A stretch of DNA of 64,000 bases, taken from contig CBDDDG010000001.1 of NCBI GenBank assembly GCA_965226555.1, positions 128,001-192,000 on the forward strand, given 5' to 3'. Origin of the DNA: Salinispira sp. Its GTDB lineage: Bacteria > Spirochaetota > Spirochaetia > DSM-27196 > Salinispiraceae. How positions within the stretch are numbered: the first letter of the stretch is position 1; every line of letters starts with the position of its first letter. The notes under the pieces were generated by a model. The model ran no database searches. It had not been told where the DNA came from and saw only the letters and a program-made list of their open reading frames with translations. The translations under genes were made by a program, and so were the position numbers. Of this stretch, positions 59,580 through 64,000 are shown piece by piece.

Positions 59580-61067
59580 CTAAAACCATGAGGGAATCAG
59601 ATTACCTGTTACGCCGGAACTCAAAAACATATCTCCTTTGATTCCGGTATATTTGCCATTAGCATCAAGCAGCCAATGATCCCCCCACTCCTCAAGATCT
59701 TGATTGAATGCGCTTGCCAAAAAGAACATAGTTGTCATATCCGTCACCGCACTGACATCCCAGCCCGAGATGTCGGCATTGAATGCTCTTGCACTATAGA
59801 ACATAGATGTCATATCCATTACTGAGCTGACATCCCAGCCGGAGATATCGCCATTGAATGAGCTTGCGACAGCGAACATATTGTTCATATCCGTTACCGA
59901 ACTGACATCCCAAAGCGAGATATCGCCATTGAATGAGCTGTTAGTGAATATAGTGCTCATATCCGTTACTACCGTGGTAATAATGTAGTTGAGGTCGGCA
60001 GTTTGTCCCCAAGCAGTTATCCCCGCATCTATCTTCGCTTTCAGATCAGTATTAATTTCTGAGGCATCATTACCTTGAGGACTCTCGGTAACATAGAAAT
60101 GTTCGGCAAAGAGTATGTCATCGGTTTCTGTTTTAATGCCGTATACCAGATATGTTCCTGCTGTTGTACCTGCGGTAACCGTAATTGTAGTACCGGTAAG
60201 CGGTTCATAAGTCGGCGGGGTGATCCCTGCGGGCGGAGGTACGTAGGTTACATCAATGTCTCCCATTTCATTAACCGTGTGAGTGCCCGTCGTCACATAA
60301 AGGGCTGGTTTCTCACTGGCAATAATTTCATTAAGGGCAGCCGAAAGGCTTACATTTACTGCCGTACCCGCAGAAGTCCGTATCGCAGAATCTGTTGGTG
60401 TTTTCGTTGCGATTTCCGACCAGCCGCCACTGCCGACTGCATTGACGGCGCGCGCCCGTACTTCGTACTCGGCGTCGTTTGTCAGGCCGTCAATGGTGTG
60501 GTCGTGTTTGCCCGGTGCCGGAGCAATTTCCGTCCATGCTCCGCCACCTGTGCGATACTGCAATTCGTACCCGGTAACGGGGCTGCCGCCGTCATCTTCC
60601 GGGGCAGTCCATAGAGCAACAAGCCGCTCAGTGCCCGCATAAAGGGTTGGGGCATCCGGCGCGTCAGGAACAGTGGCAGGGGGAGTTTCAGCGGCAGATT
60701 CCGACCAGTCGCCAGCGCCGATTTCATTGACGGCGCGCACCTGTACCTCGTACTCGGCTGTCTTTGTCAGTCCGGTAATGGTGTGGCTTGTGTTTGTGCC
60801 GATACCGGAGCTAATTTCCTTCCATTCTTCCTCGCCTGTGCGATATTGCAGCTCATACCCGGTAATGGGGCTGCCGCCATTGTTCGGCGCAGTCCATGTA
60901 ACAATGAGTTGCTCATCCCCCGCTTTAAGGGTTGGCGCAGCCATTGTGCCCGGCACGGTTGGCTCGGGTTCAGGGGTCGGTTCCGGCATGGGACATCCAG
61001 CAATCAATATAATAAACATTGCGCAGAATAGAAAAAGGTTCCTCATCCGCATAAAATTAACATTCAT
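59580..61067 (-). CDS. Surface lipoprotein, FN3 x2 plus DUF285 (paralog 3)
   Basis: AAGGAG SD, lipobox LIAGC, FN3 and DUF285 repeats. Confidence 0.9.
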   Translation of the reverse strand: MNVNFMRMRNLFLFCAMFIILIAGCPMPEPTPEPEPTVPGTMAAPTLKAGDEQLIVTWTAPNNGGSPITGYELQYRTGEEEWKEISSGIGTNTSHTITGLTKTAEYEVQVRAVNEIGAGDWSESAAETPPATVPDAPDAPTLYAGTERLVALWTAPEDDGGSPVTGYELQYRTGGGAWTEIAPAPGKHDHTIDGLTNDAEYEVRARAVNAVGSGGWSEIATKTPTDSAIRTSAGTAVNVSLSAALNEIIASEKPALYVTTGTHTVNEMGDIDVTYVPPPAGITPPTYEPLTGTTITVTAGTTAGTYLVYGIKTETDDILFAEHFYVTESPQGNDASEINTDLKAKIDAGITAWGQTADLNYIITTVVTDMSTIFTNSSFNGDISLWDVSSVTDMNNMFAVASSFNGDISGWDVSSVMDMTSMFYSARAFNADISGWDVSAVTDMTTMFFLASAFNQDLEEWGDHWLLDANGKYTGIKGDMFLSSGVTGNLIPSWF

Positions 61068-61105
61068 AGTTAACTCCTTATATAGGGTTTAAGATTCTTG
61101 CATAG

Positions 61106-62829
61106 GAGCCTGTCGTACATAAATACCTCATGTTGTTTGATGTGAGTCGATGGATGTGGGAATGATGGTGGGAATGAGTATTGCCGTCAGTTATCGCGTT
61201 GTTTTCTTCAGGCGCGGGGTGGCATCGTGAACCCATTCGCGCTTCGATGATGCCAGTTGGAACTATGCGCGGGCGCAACGGGGGGAGTTTTTCTATTATC
61301 CATAGGTCATTTTCAGTCGATGAAGTCTCTTGCAATTATAAGCCAACGCGACAAGTTCCCATTCACTCGTAACATGTGCAAGGCCTCTGTGGAGAAATTG
61401 TCGAAATCCCATGCACTGCTTAATAATCCCGAATACCGGTTCCACCGTCTGCTTCCTGCGGGCATAGAGTTTTCGGTTCTCGGACTTCTGAAATTTGGCG
61501 TTCATATCTTTTATCCATGGCTTGGATTCTTTTGGAGGCGTGGTGTTGGCCTTCTTCTCTTCCGGTCGATAGTCGTATTCTCGCGGATTATGTGTCTCTT
61601 CAGCCCGAACAGACACCAGAACATCTATCCCCATTTCTTCCTCTACTGTTTTCACTTCATCGCCATTGACAAAGCCCGCGTCAGCAAGCGCTCGCTCGGG
61701 CTTCCCGACATCTGGGGGAACAGAGAGACAATCGTTTACCAGTTCATTCCGGTCAGATGAACACTGGGAAACACGCGTCCCGACAATTAATTGCGTGCCA
61801 TCGGCATCGACTACCGCCTGAGCATTATAGGCCTGCTGTGTTCCCGATCCCTTTGTCATAATACGGCTGTCAGGATCAGTGTTGTTGCATGCCTGCTCGC
61901 CCTTCGGCAGAATCTCCTGCGCCTTCGCTGAAATGTCTTCAGGATCATCATCGGCAAAAAGTGTTTTCTGTCCGTCCGCAGGCGGGATCGCCCGATCAGG
62001 AGGCCCTTCGCTCTGAGCGTCTGTCTTCGCTCCCCCGCCGGGGGAAACATCTTCCGTATCATTTGCTCCATCTTTTTTCTCCGCTTTCTCCTGTTCTCTT
62101 TCCTCGCGGACACGCGCGCGTCTTTCCACTTCAGCTCGCGCATGGATCATCTTTTCGCGGAGTTTCTGCCTTCGGGCAATCTCCTGTGGTAATCTGTTCG
62201 CATCCTCATCGTCTGCGGTATCGGCCGCTTCTGCCTCCACTAACAATTTCTGAATGTCCTCATCAAGCCGTTTCTCCAGCTCCTCAGCCCGATCATAGCT
62301 CACATTTTCGAATTTACTCGCATTGGCTTTAATGTGTGTCCCATCTATACTGACCGTCCCGACCTTCAGAATGCCTATCTCTTTGGCAAGCAGCAGAATA
62401 CGGATAAACGCTTTGTGTATCGCTTCTGTATTTTTTCGGCGAAAGCGACAAATAGTATCGTGATCGGGATGCGTGTTGCCGGTCAGATAGAGCGCACAGA
62501 TATTCTCGTACGTTGACCGTTCTATCCGGCGACTGCTAAATCGTCCTTCCGTGTAGCTATATATCAGCAAGGCAAGCATCATTTTCGGATGATATTGCTC
62601 GCTCCCGCTTCCCCGCCTATTGATATGAAAAACGGTACTGTCTATGGTGCTTACCGCTTCGTTAATAAAATTGACCAGATGATCTTCGGGAACCCAATCT
62701 CTCATATCAAGAGGCATCAGGAATTGTTGATCTTGACTACATGACTTAAATCGTTGCATGAAAAAACTATATCAGATTCTCCAATCAAACGCAATACCAC
62801 TATCAACCCGGGTAAAGTCCGACAGGCTC
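61106..62829 (-). mobile_element. IS1182-family element, transposase 61296-62759, 4-bp TSD ATAG
   Basis: IRs GAGCCTGTCGTAC and GTCCGACAGGCTC; ATAG at 61102-61105 and 62830-62833. DUF772-type N-terminus (YHPKMMLALL.Y, PDH.TI..FR), IDGT, TDPDSR.M, ADAG, R...VEPVFG.IK. Confidence 0.92.
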
Positions 62830-62968
62830 ATAGAAATTTTTGCTACTGGAAATTGTGCTTGCACAATTTTCCAAGGCAAAACTTTGGTATAGTAACAGTT
62901 TCAGAACATCTATGCAATAACTTTCTCAGAGTATAACAGAAACTTTTGCATTTTGTAAAACTTTGTAG
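62830..62968 (+). repeat. Palindromic mini-element hairpin (62830-62887) and minimal form (62936-62967)
   Basis: Same arms and termini as the rpn inserts. Other copies at ~20321, 26002, 34049, 37046, 39591, 41602, 42860, 44508, 56641 and 59342. Confidence 0.8.
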
Positions 62969-63003
62969 TAGTATGTAGGATATTCTATGTACAGGAGGCT
63001 CAT

Positions 63004-64000
63004 ATGAGATCTCATTTTTATACTGGCACGCTGCCGCAAACCTATACCGGATCGTTGCCGCAAACCTATACCGGCGCGGTGCCGCAGTCTGCGAAACCTG
63101 CCGTTTTTTTCGTCATTTTTTGTTTATGCCTTTCCTCCATGTTGTTTGCGGGGGGGGGCATGGAAGAGCCCGGGGTTCATGAACCTATTGGCGGGCCGCA
63201 GGCAATTACATACCCCGCGGTGGTCCTGGATGATTTTGGGAATTCCGTCAGTATTGAACAAAAGCCGCAGCGTATTGCAAGCCTTACTCTTTTTACCGAT
63301 GAACTTCTGTTTGATCTTGTGGCGCCCGACCGCCTTGCTGCCATTACCTATCTTGCTGCCGATGAGGTCTATTCAAATGTGGCAGACAGGGCGGCAGAGG
63401 TTGAAAACCATCTGGATCTGAATGTTGAGGCGATCATTGAGCTTGATCCCGATATTGTCTTTGTTGCCAACTGGAGCGATGCGGGCAAGGTTGAACAGCT
63501 CAGAAGGGCGGAAATTCCCGTGTATCTTATCGACACTCCAACGACACTTGAGGATATCTGGGAGAAAATATCCTATCTCGGCTGGCTGCTCGATGCTTCG
63601 GATAGCGCGCAAAGCATTATCGCGCGTATGCGTAATACGCTGGGTCCGATACGCAATGCTGTTGCGGATATTCCGGAAAATGAACGGCTGAGAGCCATGG
63701 ACTACAGTAGCTGGGGAAACTCAAGCGCAGCGGGAACAACCTGGGACACCGTGCTGGAAGCCGCTGGTGTTATTAATGCCGCAGGAGGCCTTGCAGGCGA
63801 CAACTACGGTCAGGCGCAGATGTCTCGAGAGCTGATTGTTGCATTGAACCCCGATGTTTTGTTCCTGCCCGGCTGGATATGGGGTGATCCTGAAGGAGCG
63901 GCAAAATTTGAACAGAATGTGAGAAATGATCCTTCGCTTGCGGGCATTAATGCTGTTGAGAACGATAGAATATACCTTGTTCCGGAAAACCTTAAGTCGA
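63004..64000 (+). CDS. ABC transporter substrate-binding protein, BtuF/Fe-siderophore class (runs off the window)
   Basis: AGGAGG SD, LFAGG signal end, D.FG..V.I...PQRIASL, E.IIEL.PD.V; open frame to the window end. Confidence 0.85.
   Translation, partial: MRSHFYTGTLPQTYTGSLPQTYTGAVPQSAKPAVFFVIFCLCLSSMLFAGGGMEEPGVHEPIGGPQAITYPAVVLDDFGNSVSIEQKPQRIASLTLFTDELLFDLVAPDRLAAITYLAADEVYSNVADRAAEVENHLDLNVEAIIELDPDIVFVANWSDAGKVEQLRRAEIPVYLIDTPTTLEDIWEKISYLGWLLDASDSAQSIIARMRNTLGPIRNAVADIPENERLRAMDYSSWGNSSAAGTTWDTVLEAAGVINAAGGLAGDNYGQAQMSRELIVALNPDVLFLPGWIWGDPEGAAKFEQNVRNDPSLAGINAVENDRIYLVPENLKS

Noticed and set aside
1..64000. tRNA, rRNA, integron attC sites, prophage genes
   Set aside because: None recognisable by eye; tRNAscan-SE and IntegronFinder would be needed to exclude them.

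Overview
This is a bacterial window, probably from a host-associated or marine Spirochaetia member. The inference rests on an 'LFAGG' substrate-binding-protein signal, spirochaete-like lipoproteins and eukaryote-like repeat proteins. Housekeeping blocks include a glycan export remnant, an ABC/LolA-like/outer-membrane cluster, cysQ-cysD, an FMN riboswitch with ribD-E-BA-H, trkAH, pntAB and a glucosylglycerate/mannosylglucosylglycerate-type cluster. These are interleaved with IS elements or remnants (IS3, IS5, IS481-like, IS30, IS1182) and many accessory genes. The most striking structure is a family of at least 8 Rpn (PD-(D/E)XK, YhgA-like) loci, five of them in a head-to-tail array at 5.2-12 kb. 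All seven loci that keep the 3' end have an intragenic Shine-Dalgarno plus ATG predicting a separately translated C-terminal RpnS (antitoxin-type) protein. These tails are copy-variable and are mosaics shared between otherwise divergent nucleases. In those seven loci, every lesion (three ~130-bp palindromic insertions and one in-frame deletion) breaks only the nuclease and spares the RpnS frame. Rpn loci also share hairpin-rich non-coding modules that physically link two of them to the 3' ends of FN3/DUF285 (BspA-like) lipoprotein genes. An AT-rich palindromic mini-element family without target duplication occurs about 14 times and is itself the target of an IS1182 insertion. All calls come from reading the sequence by eye; no searches were run.
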